35,105 nucleotides of DNA, from the NCBI GenBank assembly GCA_001871415.1, contig MNWW01000028.1:1-35105 (forward strand). The letters run 5' to 3'. This document shows positions 16,985-26,835 of this stretch, in pieces (position 1 is the first letter of the stretch; every line of letters starts with the position of its first letter). Below the pieces are notes generated by a model, which did not search any database, was not told the origin of the DNA, and was given only the letters and a program-made list of their open reading frames with translations. A program made the translations under genes and the position numbers. The DNA comes from Candidatus Woesearchaeota archaeon CG1_02_57_44 (lineage in GTDB: Archaea > Nanobdellota > Nanobdellia > Woesearchaeales > CG1-02-57-44).

Positions 16985-18085
16985 ATGAACCCAAACGATA
17001 TCGAAATGAAGCGCGCAGGAAACGCGTTCATTGCTTTGCTGTTATTTGTCACTCTGCTTGCCTTCACCGCGACGCCCGTGCTCGCGACAGCGAGTCTCAC
17101 GTATCATTTTCAGGACGCGAACGCTGCGCCGGTCCATAATGTCTATACGGAGATCTATACCTGTACCAACAGCGACTGCTCGCAGGTGACCTCCACGTTC
17201 AGGCGCTCGCTCTTTTCAGGCCCCGCGGACACCGCTACTATCAACTATCCCACACAGCTCCAGAGCCAGTACGGCTACGCGGTCTATCAGATGGCCTCCT
17301 GCGTGATTCCGAAAGCAGGCGTCGCGACCTGGGCGGGCAATGGCCAGCAGGACTGGCAGTACACCTTCGAGCAGGTACCGGTGTGCAAGTCGGATATCCT
17401 GGACGCTACGGTGTCGGCACAGTCCGTTGACGTCGGAACGCCTGTGCAGCTTTCCGTGCAATACAAGAGCGCGTTCAAGCAGACCCTGCTTCGCCCGCGC
17501 TATATCCCTTCAGGATATGCCTCGTATTTTTCCAGCGACCTCACCGCCAGTGTCACTATCACGCGCAGCGGGCAGACGACGCCCGTGTATACGCAGTCCA
17601 AGTCCGAGTCGCTGCTCATGGACGCGCAGAGCTCAGCGTCGTGGACATTCACCCCGCAGCAGGAAGGCACCTATACCATCCGGTTCACGACCGATGTGTC
17701 AGACTGCCAGTGCGCAGGCTCTCAGGTGCAGGAGCGCACATTCACGCTCGATGTGGCCCGACCGACGCAGCCGCCGGTCGCGGTCATTGCAGGAACACCT
17801 GCCCGTGGCGATGCGCCATTGTCCGTGGCCTTCTCCAGCACAGGCTCGTACGATCCTGACGGGACCATCGCATCCTACGCATGGACCTTCGGCGACAGCG
17901 CGACGAGCACCGCGTCAGCGCCGTCACACACGTTCGCTACGCCGGGTGACTATACCGTGAGTCTGGTCGTGACAGACAACGACGGTCTGCAGAGCCAGCC
18001 CGCGACCGTGCGCATCGAAGTACTCGAGCCATTGGGGCTGTTGGGCGACCAGACCGACGGCACTATCTTCACGAGGTGGACCTGA
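16985..18085 (+). CDS. Secreted single-PKD-domain protein; short paralog of the downstream giant protein
   Basis: Signal peptide, a Cys-containing N-terminal region shared with the next gene, and one PKD domain (SYDPDGTIASYAWTFGD...VTDNDG). Confidence 0.9.
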   Translation: MNPNDIEMKRAGNAFIALLLFVTLLAFTATPVLATASLTYHFQDANAAPVHNVYTEIYTCTNSDCSQVTSTFRRSLFSGPADTATINYPTQLQSQYGYAVYQMASCVIPKAGVATWAGNGQQDWQYTFEQVPVCKSDILDATVSAQSVDVGTPVQLSVQYKSAFKQTLLRPRYIPSGYASYFSSDLTASVTITRSGQTTPVYTQSKSESLLMDAQSSASWTFTPQQEGTYTIRFTTDVSDCQCAGSQVQERTFTLDVARPTQPPVAVIAGTPARGDAPLSVAFSSTGSYDPDGTIASYAWTFGDSATSTASAPSHTFATPGDYTVSLVVTDNDGLQSQPATVRIEVLEPLGLLGDQTDGTIFTRWT

Positions 18086-21000
18086 ATGCGGGCACAGGCC
18101 TTGACGAGACGCGACCTGACGAGACGCTGCGAGGCGCCTCTGGCAGGTCGCGCCAGGGGAGATGCGCATGCACGCCTGCTCAGGCGCAACGTCCGCAGGA
18201 ACGCTCTGCTGTTGCCGGTTCTCCTCGTCCTGCAGCTGGTCCTCCAGTCCGTGCTCGCTGTGTCTGTCCTGGCTCCCCTCGTCGCAGTATCTCTTCCCGC
18301 GGCAGTCGCCAGCGCTGGCGTCACCTACCATTTTATCGACAGCGTCGGCGGTTCAGTGACCAATGTCTATACAGAGGTCTACACCTGCGCGAACTATGAC
18401 TGCTCGCAGGTCACCGCGACGTTCCGTAGATCGTTGTTCTCAGGAAGCCAGAGCACGCAGACCGTCGCGTTCCCTACGGTCCTGCAGAGCCAGTACGGCT
18501 ATGGCGTCTATCAGATGGCGCAGTGCTTCATCCCCAAGGCGGGCGTCGCGACCTGGGCTGGCGATGGCAGCCAGGATTGGCAATACCAGTTCGAGAAAGT
18601 GCCGGGCTGCAAGTCAGACATCATACAGGCGAGCGTCTCGCCGCAGACAGGTCAGGTCGGCCAGCGTATCGACCTTGCCATGCAGTATCGCAGCGCGTTC
18701 AGGCAGACATTGCCACGGCCGCGCTACATCCCCACAGGTTATGACGCATATTTCTCCAGCGATCTCACCGCCAGTGTTACGGTCACGCGCAGCGGGCAGG
18801 CGGCATCCGTGTTCCAGCAGTCCAAGCCAGAGTCTCTGTTGATGGACTCGGAAGGCTCAGCCTCCTGGTCATGGACGCCGACCGAGGCGGGCACCTACAC
18901 CATCACGTTCACCACTGACGTATCAGACTGCCAATGTCTGAGCGATCAGCCACAGCAGCGTGAGTTCACGATGACTATCACCGGCAGCCAACCGCAGAAT
19001 CAGCCCCCGATAGCCGTCGCGTCCGCTGTTCCACAGACGACGACGGTAGGACAGCAGGTGGCTTTCAGCTCCGAAGGATCCTACGACCCGGATGGCACCA
19101 TCGCATCCTATGCCTGGACCTTCGGCGACACCGTGTCCAGCACGTCAGCCAATCCATCCCACTCCTTCGCGACACCGGGCACCTACACCGCCACGTTGCG
19201 GGTGACCGACAATCTTGGTCTCCAGAGTCAGCCGGCGAGCGTGACCGTGACCGTCCAGCAGCAGACAAATCCTCCGACCGCGACGCTCACCGTCAATCCG
19301 TCCAGCGGCACCAGACCGTTGTCGTCGTCTGTATCTTGCACCGGTTCTGGAGGAACAGCTCCTTTGTCATACACCGTGGATTTCGGCGATGGGACGCCAT
19401 CAGCAGGTCCACAGTCTACGTCTATCAATGTCCAGCATACGTTCCAGCAGTCTGCCACCGTGACGTGCACCGTGACGGACAGCCAGGGACGCGTCGGTAC
19501 AGCGCAGCGCGCGGTGACGGTCAGTGCGCCACCGCCGCAGAACCAGCCACCCACCGTGCAGGCGTTCGCCAACCCGGATACCGGGGCGGCGCCGCTTTCC
19601 ACGACGCTCTCCGCGCAGGCGTCTGATCCTGATGGTTACATCGTCTCATATGCCTGGAACTTCGGTGATGGCTCGCAGCCCGCGTCCGGACAGAGCGTCC
19701 CGCATACCTATCAGTATCCGACCACCTATGCAGCGACCGTTACCGTGACAGACGATGACGGGCTCACTGCCACAGACAACGTGCAGGTGACGGTCACACA
19801 AGCGCAGGTCCAGAACCAGCCTCCTGTCGCTGTCGCGTCAGCGTCTCCACAATCAACGACCGTTGGTCAGCAGGTGTCCTTCAGCTCCGCGGGCTCCTAT
19901 GACCCGGATGGTTCCATCGCCAGCTATGCGTGGCAGTTCACTGATGGCACTTCATCGACTATCGCGAATCCGACCAAGTCCTTCGCCTATCCAGGGACCT
20001 ACACCGGCACGCTCGTGGTCACCGACAACCAGGGCGCGTCAAGCCAGCCCGCGAGCGCGAGCGTGATTGTCCAGCAGCCGACGAATCCCCCGACAGCGTC
20101 GTTGACGGTGAATCCAATGAGCGGCACCAGACCGTTGTCGTCGTCTGTATCTTGCACCGGTTCTGGCGGAACAGCTCCTTTGTCATACACCGTTGATTTC
20201 GGTGATGGCACGGCGCAGGCAGGGCCGCAGTCTACGTCCATCAGTGTCCAGCATACGTTCCAGCAGTCTGCCACCGTGACGTGCACCGTGACCGACAGTC
20301 AGGGTCGTATGGCGAGCGCGCAGCGCTACGTGACCGTGTCCGCTCCGCAGAACCAGCCACCTATCGTCGACGCGCTGGCGAATCCCGCGTCAGGGACAGC
20401 ACCACTTTCCACGATACTATCCGCGCAGGCATCCGACCCTGACGGCTATATTGTCTCCTATGCATGGACCTTCGGCGATGGCCAGACAGGCTCAGGCCAG
20501 AGCGCGCTACACGTCTATCAGAACCCGGGCACATACACCGCGAGGGTCACTGTGACTGACAACCAAGGACTCAGCGCGTCAGACATTGTCTCGGTGAGCG
20601 CGACCCAGACACAGGTCCCGACAGCGTCGGTGAGCGCGCAGCCCAACAGCGGGCAGTCACCGCTGCAGTCGCTCATCTCCTGCACGGGTACGGGCTCTGG
20701 CCAGCTCTATTATCGCGTGGACTTTGGTGATGGCACCTCCTACGGTCCGTTGCCCTTCTCCATAGCGGTCCAGCATGCTTTCCAGCAGTCCACGACAGTG
20801 TCCTGCACCGTGACCGACAGCCAGGGGCGCAGCGCTAGCGCGACAGCGCCGGTCACGGTCACCGTCAACCAGCAGCCCACAGCACTGCTCACGGCAAGCC
20901 CGCAGAGCGGCAACGCGCCGCTGGCAGTGAGCTTGTATTGCACAGGCAGCGGCGGCAACGCCCCGCTGCACTACCAGATAATGTACGGTGATGGAGGCCA

Positions 21001-24000
21001 GAGCATCGATAGCCTCAGCCCCATCAGCATCACCCATTCCTACAGCCAGTCGACAACAGCTACCTGCCGTGTACGCGACCTTGACGGCGATGTGGCGATA
21101 GACACCAAGCAGATAACCATCAACCAGAATACGCGTCCGACCATCACCTGCGCGGCGTCCGCGACTTCTGGTCGCGTGCCCTTGCAGGTCTCGTTCACCA
21201 GCCAGGCTCAGGGAGATTCTCCTCTCACCTATGCATGGGCCTTCGGCGATGGCGCAACAAGCCCCGGCCAGGATGTCCAGCACACCTATGGCATCGCAGG
21301 CACCTATACGGCGCGCGTGACCGTGACAGACCGCGACGGCGAGACCGCGACCTGCACCGCAGGGTTCATCGCAGTCACCCAGAATCAGGGCCCTGTCGTC
21401 GACGCGCAGGCGAATCCGTCGAGCGGCCATGCGCCTCTCGCCACCACGTTGTCCGCGCAGGCATCAGACCCTGACGGCTACATCGTATCCTACGCGTGGA
21501 CCTTTGGTGACGGCTCCGCATCGGCATCAGGCCAAAGTGTCCCGCACACCTATCAGGCCCCGGGGAGCTACATCGCGACCGTGGTCGTGACCGACAATGA
21601 CGGCCTGACCGCGCAGGACAGCGTAGTGATCACGGTCAGCCAGGACGCGCAGCCCACAGCAGTCATCACCGCAACGCCCAGACAGGGCACAGCTCCGCTA
21701 CAGGTCGCGCTTGGCTGCACGGGCTCAGGTGGCAATGCGCCCCTGCGCTACCAGCTGCTCTTCGGCGACGGTTCTGGCATCGGCCCAGTCTCACAGCCCA
21801 TCAGCACGACGCACCTGTACACGAGGAGCGCGACCGCGACGTGCATCGTGACAGATGCCGACGGTGATGTGGCGCAGGACACCGCGACCCTCTCTATCGA
21901 CGCGGACATCGATGTGCAGGCTATCTGCAGCGCAACGCCGACGAGCGGCGTGGCGCCATTGGCCGTGACCCTGTCGGCGACCGCCGTCGGGGGCAATGGT
22001 CCCTTGACCTACACATGGCAGTTCGGTGACGGCACGACAGGATCAGGCGCGCTGGTGCAGCACACCTTCCCCGTGGGCACCTATGCGCCGCGCGTCACCA
22101 TCGTCGACGCTGATGGCGATAGCGCGGATTGCACGGTGCATGTCATTCAGTCCAATTCTGACGTGCCGCCTGAGGTCGTGCTGACCGTCGATCCGAAGCT
22201 TGGCAGAGCGCCGCTCAACAGTGTCGTGACCTGCCTTGGCCTGAACGGCAATGGTCCTCTGTCCTATCGCGTCGACTTCGGTGATGGCAGTCCTGTCTTC
22301 ATCGCCAGCGGGGCAGTGTCCGTGCAGCATACCTTCACGCGCTCGAGCGTCGTGACCTGCACCGTGACCGACAGCGACGGCGATGTCGGCATCGGCAGGG
22401 CGAACGCGACCATCGTGGCCATCGTGCCGCCGGTCGTGAACATCTCTGCTGTCCCATCGGTCGGTAACGCGCCATTGCACGTGCAGTTCTCATCCACAGC
22501 ATCTGATCCTGACGGATTCATCGTCGCCTACCACTGGACCTTCGGTGATGGCAGCGCGTCCTCCTCTCTTGTCAATCCCAATCACATCTATACGCAGCCG
22601 GGCAATTATGTCGCGACCCTGACGGTGACCGACAATGACGGCCTGCAGGCCTCTGACAGCGTCGCTATCCAGGTCACATCACTCCCCGGTCTTGAGATAA
22701 CCGGGCTGGAGTGCTTCCCTCGTATCGTCCTGGGGGAGCAGCAGGCATTCAGCGTGCGTGTCAGGGGCGATGGCCAGCCGCGCCAGGGCGCGGCCGTGAC
22801 GCTCTTCGCCAACAACATGCAGGTCGGAACATGCACGACCGCGGCGCAGTCAGGGGCATGCTCTGTGTCGATAACGCCGGCCGCAATCGGCAACTACACA
22901 GCATACGCCACGGCGAGCCTGGCAGGTTTCGCGCCAGACAATGATCATGCGCCGATTTGCACGTACGAAGTGGTCAAGCGCGAGCTTATGATAACGGGTC
23001 TCGCCACCTACAATGACAGCTTTTTCGCCAATCCTGACGATGTCTTCTATCGCAATGAGACGGTCTACGTGCGCTTCACCGTGCATGACTTGTCGACGGG
23101 CTATCTGGTCCCTGACGCCATAACCTCCGTGACCATCGTCAGTCCGCCGGGCGGTCGTCTGCAGTTGACCAAGCTGCAGGAGAACGCAGGCAACTACTAC
23201 TACATGGGCCGCATCCCGCCCAACCATGATTTTCTCGGCACAAGCCAGGTCTTCAGCTTCGCGTTCAAGGACGGCAAGACCGGCGAGGCGACCGTGCAGC
23301 TGGATATCCTCAACAACCCTCCGGAGATACGCCCGCTTGGTTCCTTCGTGCTCGACCATGACCAGATGCTCGACATCCCGCTCAGCCCGTATGAGTTCGA
23401 TGTGGAGGATCATGGCATCAACCTGACCTGGTCGGTGTTGTCCGCTGATCCCTTCCTGTTCACCGCGTCCATGGTGACTGCGGGTTCGCCGTACGGTCAG
23501 GGCGCAAAGACATTGCGCCTGCAGGCGCAGCCCGGCCAGTCAGGCGACAGCACCGTGCAGCTCACGCTGCGCGACCTTAACGATGCGCAGGCAGTGCGTA
23601 TCGTGCCCGTGAGCATACGGGCGCCTCTGCCAGTCATCAGCCTGACCGTGGCTATTGAGCCCAAGCCGGCGACGACCGCTGATGCGCTGTTCTGCCGCGC
23701 CGTGTCCAACGCGACGCAGCTTTCCTACCGATGGTATCGCAATGGCGCATCGACCGCGTTCACCGCGCCGGATGTCGCGTCCAGCAATACCGCGCGCGGC
23801 GATGCATGGAACTGCACCGTGACAGCGACGACGCAGGCTGTCAGCATCACGCGCTCAGACGAGGTCACCATCGGCAATTCCGCGCCACAGGCGCAGGTCG
23901 CGCTCTCTCCGCGCGCGCCAGACTCGGCAACAGACCTCTCCTGCGCGATGACCTCCTCTGATATCGACGGCGACATGGTGACGCTGGCCTACACCATCAC

Positions 24001-25162
24001 CGGTCTCACGCAGCCCGTGTCCGGCTCGTGCACCAGCTCCTGCACCATCCCTGTATCGCACACCCTGACGACCAAAGGGCATGCAGTCACCTGCAGAGCG
24101 GTACCGACCGATAGTCAGGGTATGACGGGCCCGGCGGCATCTGATACTGTCGGCATCGGAGGGCAATCGCCATTCATCGTCAGCGTGTCCATCACGCCGT
24201 CGTCGCCGCATTCCAGCGACGATCTCACCTGCGTCGCTATAGCCCAGGACCCTGACAATGATCCCATCACCATCACCTACCGCTGGGAGCATGGCGCTAG
24301 TGTCATCGCGGGGCAGATGCTCAGTCATACCTATACGGCGCGCGGTGATGTCTGGACCTGCATCGCGACAGCGACCGCTGGTGGCGAGAGCGTGTCCGGG
24401 CAGGCGAGCGTCACCGTGGGCAATGCAGGCCCGACCATCGTCTCCACGCCAGAGACGCATATCACCCTCGACGACGTGACCGATCCTTCTATCGAATATG
24501 TCTATCAGGCGCGTGCCGTCGATCCGGACAGCGACGTACTCTACTGGTCCTTGGACTTCGGACCCTCCGGTATGCGTATCGACGCGAACGGCAAGATAAC
24601 CTGGGAGCCTGGACGCAATGACGTGGGCACGCACCCCGTGCAGGTGCGGGTCTCTGACGGCCAGTACGATGATGTGCAGTATTATCAGATCATCGTCGAC
24701 GAGCCCGACGAGGTCAATACGGCGCGCGAGCGCATCTACTGGCAGCATCTCCTTATTCAGACCCTGTGCGTGGAGCCTGGTGATCAGGCGTTCGTGCAAG
24801 TGGCCTTCGAGAACACAGGATTCTTCACACTGGAAGACGCGAAGATAACGGTCTACATGCCTGACCTGAACCTGATGACGTCCACTGGTATGGAAGATGT
24901 GGATGCTGGCGATACCATGTCCAAGACATTGTACCTGGACATCCCTTATGACGCGCCCAATGGCTGGTATGACCTGCGCGTGGCTGCGGGCAACGGCGAT
25001 TACCGTCGCATCCGCCATCGCGAGCTGCTCGTGGCCGACCAGTGCTGCGCGGACAGCTACTGTCCCTATGGCAGCGTGGCGCCAAGTCCGCGCGCATGCG
25101 CTTCCAACACAGGCAGGCCTGCTTCCCAGGACACGACCGTGAAGCTTGTCTATTGCAGTTAA
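18086..25162 (+). CDS. Giant PKD-repeat/Ig-like surface protein (adhesin-like), 2358 aa
   Basis: GAGGTG SD at 18073-18078 and a long signal-like hydrophobic segment. 14 PKD-like repeats (W/D-F-G-D cores) are followed by further Ig-like, He_PIG-like (DPDSDVLYWSL..GPSGMRID) and CARDB-like modules and a Cys-rich tail. Confidence 0.93.
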   Translation: MRAQALTRRDLTRRCEAPLAGRARGDAHARLLRRNVRRNALLLPVLLVLQLVLQSVLAVSVLAPLVAVSLPAAVASAGVTYHFIDSVGGSVTNVYTEVYTCANYDCSQVTATFRRSLFSGSQSTQTVAFPTVLQSQYGYGVYQMAQCFIPKAGVATWAGDGSQDWQYQFEKVPGCKSDIIQASVSPQTGQVGQRIDLAMQYRSAFRQTLPRPRYIPTGYDAYFSSDLTASVTVTRSGQAASVFQQSKPESLLMDSEGSASWSWTPTEAGTYTITFTTDVSDCQCLSDQPQQREFTMTITGSQPQNQPPIAVASAVPQTTTVGQQVAFSSEGSYDPDGTIASYAWTFGDTVSSTSANPSHSFATPGTYTATLRVTDNLGLQSQPASVTVTVQQQTNPPTATLTVNPSSGTRPLSSSVSCTGSGGTAPLSYTVDFGDGTPSAGPQSTSINVQHTFQQSATVTCTVTDSQGRVGTAQRAVTVSAPPPQNQPPTVQAFANPDTGAAPLSTTLSAQASDPDGYIVSYAWNFGDGSQPASGQSVPHTYQYPTTYAATVTVTDDDGLTATDNVQVTVTQAQVQNQPPVAVASASPQSTTVGQQVSFSSAGSYDPDGSIASYAWQFTDGTSSTIANPTKSFAYPGTYTGTLVVTDNQGASSQPASASVIVQQPTNPPTASLTVNPMSGTRPLSSSVSCTGSGGTAPLSYTVDFGDGTAQAGPQSTSISVQHTFQQSATVTCTVTDSQGRMASAQRYVTVSAPQNQPPIVDALANPASGTAPLSTILSAQASDPDGYIVSYAWTFGDGQTGSGQSALHVYQNPGTYTARVTVTDNQGLSASDIVSVSATQTQVPTASVSAQPNSGQSPLQSLISCTGTGSGQLYYRVDFGDGTSYGPLPFSIAVQHAFQQSTTVSCTVTDSQGRSASATAPVTVTVNQQPTALLTASPQSGNAPLAVSLYCTGSGGNAPLHYQIMYGDGGQSIDSLSPISITHSYSQSTTATCRVRDLDGDVAIDTKQITINQNTRPTITCAASATSGRVPLQVSFTSQAQGDSPLTYAWAFGDGATSPGQDVQHTYGIAGTYTARVTVTDRDGETATCTAGFIAVTQNQGPVVDAQANPSSGHAPLATTLSAQASDPDGYIVSYAWTFGDGSASASGQSVPHTYQAPGSYIATVVVTDNDGLTAQDSVVITVSQDAQPTAVITATPRQGTAPLQVALGCTGSGGNAPLRYQLLFGDGSGIGPVSQPISTTHLYTRSATATCIVTDADGDVAQDTATLSIDADIDVQAICSATPTSGVAPLAVTLSATAVGGNGPLTYTWQFGDGTTGSGALVQHTFPVGTYAPRVTIVDADGDSADCTVHVIQSNSDVPPEVVLTVDPKLGRAPLNSVVTCLGLNGNGPLSYRVDFGDGSPVFIASGAVSVQHTFTRSSVVTCTVTDSDGDVGIGRANATIVAIVPPVVNISAVPSVGNAPLHVQFSSTASDPDGFIVAYHWTFGDGSASSSLVNPNHIYTQPGNYVATLTVTDNDGLQASDSVAIQVTSLPGLEITGLECFPRIVLGEQQAFSVRVRGDGQPRQGAAVTLFANNMQVGTCTTAAQSGACSVSITPAAIGNYTAYATASLAGFAPDNDHAPICTYEVVKRELMITGLATYNDSFFANPDDVFYRNETVYVRFTVHDLSTGYLVPDAITSVTIVSPPGGRLQLTKLQENAGNYYYMGRIPPNHDFLGTSQVFSFAFKDGKTGEATVQLDILNNPPEIRPLGSFVLDHDQMLDIPLSPYEFDVEDHGINLTWSVLSADPFLFTASMVTAGSPYGQGAKTLRLQAQPGQSGDSTVQLTLRDLNDAQAVRIVPVSIRAPLPVISLTVAIEPKPATTADALFCRAVSNATQLSYRWYRNGASTAFTAPDVASSNTARGDAWNCTVTATTQAVSITRSDEVTIGNSAPQAQVALSPRAPDSATDLSCAMTSSDIDGDMVTLAYTITGLTQPVSGSCTSSCTIPVSHTLTTKGHAVTCRAVPTDSQGMTGPAASDTVGIGGQSPFIVSVSITPSSPHSSDDLTCVAIAQDPDNDPITITYRWEHGASVIAGQMLSHTYTARGDVWTCIATATAGGESVSGQASVTVGNAGPTIVSTPETHITLDDVTDPSIEYVYQARAVDPDSDVLYWSLDFGPSGMRIDANGKITWEPGRNDVGTHPVQVRVSDGQYDDVQYYQIIVDEPDEVNTARERIYWQHLLIQTLCVEPGDQAFVQVAFENTGFFTLEDAKITVYMPDLNLMTSTGMEDVDAGDTMSKTLYLDIPYDAPNGWYDLRVAAGNGDYRRIRHRELLVADQCCADSYCPYGSVAPSPRACASNTGRPASQDTTVKLVYCS

Positions 25163-25334
25163 GCACGGACAAAGGCGAAGCGTGGTCGAGAGGTATGGCA
25201 AGTCAGATATCCGATGGCAAGGTCTGCCAAGAGCTGGTTGAACATGATCACAGAAAGAACAGAAGTCAAAAATCCCGTGACAAAAACCACTATTCGATGG
25301 TGCTAGAGTGTATTCACTAGACAATGCTAAAAAA

Positions 25335-25350
25335 GGAAAAGGTTTAAATA
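25335..25350 (+). promoter_or_regulatory. Archaeal BRE/TATA promoter
   Basis: GGAAAAGGTTTAAATA upstream of the 25379/25400 start codons. Confidence 0.7.
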
Positions 25351-25399
25351 CAATACAACAATTCAGAGGTGCTGCACAATGGAAAACAGGGGTGCTATC

Positions 25400-26683
25400 A
25401 TGAACAAAAGGATCTTGCTCGTATTGGCGTTGCTGATTGCGGTAATTCCCGCAGTCATGGCTGTTCCCGTGACTGTCCAGCAGGTGAAGGTGGATGGCAC
25501 CACGGTGGACGCTGGCTCTACCAATCGGCTGAGCATCGATCGCGGGCAGGATTTTGAGGTCCGTGTCGAGGTGCTGGCGAATGCCGACGTCCCGAACGCG
25601 GAGATAGAGGCGTTCATCGCCGGCTACGAGTACAATGACCTGGAGAGCATCTCTGATACTACCTCTACGTTTGATATGCAGTCCGGTGTCATCTATTCCA
25701 AGAAGCTGACCTTGCGCCTCCCTGACCGCGTGGACAGCGACGACTACCGCTTACGCATCATCATCGCGGACCGCAATGGCGAGACCACGGTGCAGGATTA
25801 TCGCCTGACCGTGGACCGCGTCCGCAATCTAGTGGTCATCCGCGACATTGTCCTGAACCCTGCTGACTATGTCACGTCCGGAAGAAGCCTTCTTGCGTCT
25901 GTGCGCATAACTAATTTCGGCGAGCGCGACGAGGACAACATGAAGGTGACCGTGAGCATTCCTGAACTGGGTGTGAGCGGCATCGATTATATCAATAATA
26001 ACATCGAACCGGATGAGTCCACAACCTCTGAGGAGATAATGTTGCGCATCCCGTCCTGCACCAAGGAAGGCACCTACACGGTGCGCGCCGTGGTCGAGTA
26101 CCGTGACCAGGAGAAGGCTACCAGCAAGGATACAACTATCCGTGTGATCGGGACTGATTGCGTGGACTCTGGAGGTTCATCCGGAAGTTCGGGCACCACC
26201 ACGCAGCCAGCGACCGTTATCGGTGTCGACAGCCAGATGCAGGAGCTCACCCGTGGTGTCGGTGGCGGCATCTTCGCTGTGACCATCACCAATCACAACA
26301 GCAACACGCAGACCTATACACTCTCCCTGACCGGTTATGAGCAGATAGCGACCGTGCGTATGACGCCCAGCAACGTGCTGGTCATCGGCGCGGGCCAGAC
26401 GCAGACCGCCTATGTCTATGTGGCTGCCAATGAGAACGCGCGCCTGGGTCCTGCTGCCATGACGCTGACCATCAGCGCCAACGGCCAGCCGGTCAAGCAG
26501 ATGGTCCTGCAGGCCAATATAGTCGACAGCAATCTGGGTCCGCAGGTGGCCAAGCCCGATCTGGTGAAGATACTCGAGACGGTCTTCATCATCCTGCTGA
26601 TAGTGATAATCATCATCGGCATTATCATCATGTCCCAGCGACGCACTGGCGGGGAAGGGCAGAAGGGCGAAGAATATTATTGA
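25400..26683 (+). CDS. CARDB/Ig-like membrane-anchored surface (putative S-layer-type) protein
   Basis: Signal peptide MNKRILLVLALLIAVIPAVMA, three beta-sandwich domains (VRITNFGERDEDNMKVTVSIPELG), a C-terminal TM and a short tail ending EEYY. Alternative start at 25379. Confidence 0.88.
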   Translation: MNKRILLVLALLIAVIPAVMAVPVTVQQVKVDGTTVDAGSTNRLSIDRGQDFEVRVEVLANADVPNAEIEAFIAGYEYNDLESISDTTSTFDMQSGVIYSKKLTLRLPDRVDSDDYRLRIIIADRNGETTVQDYRLTVDRVRNLVVIRDIVLNPADYVTSGRSLLASVRITNFGERDEDNMKVTVSIPELGVSGIDYINNNIEPDESTTSEEIMLRIPSCTKEGTYTVRAVVEYRDQEKATSKDTTIRVIGTDCVDSGGSSGSSGTTTQPATVIGVDSQMQELTRGVGGGIFAVTITNHNSNTQTYTLSLTGYEQIATVRMTPSNVLVIGAGQTQTAYVYVAANENARLGPAAMTLTISANGQPVKQMVLQANIVDSNLGPQVAKPDLVKILETVFIILLIVIIIIGIIIMSQRRTGGEGQKGEEYY

Positions 26684-26835
26684 TGAGCTGTCAGGCAGGT
26701 CCCTACAGGTCATCGTGCCCTGCAGGTCATCGCCGTTGACTGCCGTTCGCCTGTCCATCAGCCCCCTAAAGGTCGGGCGACGGACGCGCAAGAAGCGATG
26801 CCCCGGGGTCTGTTCAAGCTGCAAAGGTATTCCTG

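Noticed and set aside
18080..18090. In-frame TGA-ATG junction suggesting readthrough or recoding that fuses the two PKD genes
   Set aside because: The downstream gene has its own GAGGTG SD (18073-18078) and its own signal-like segment, and TGA serves as an ordinary stop elsewhere in the window.
17090..20340. Diversity-generating retroelement template/variable repeat pair among the duplicated segments
   Set aside because: Differences are not adenine-specific, both copies are in-frame coding, and no reverse transcriptase is in the window.
25163..25334. tRNA or other ncRNA in the intergenic gap after the giant gene
   Set aside because: No cloverleaf or T-loop consensus is present; only a short imperfect palindrome (AGTG-TATT-CACT) and a TGGCAAG repeat.
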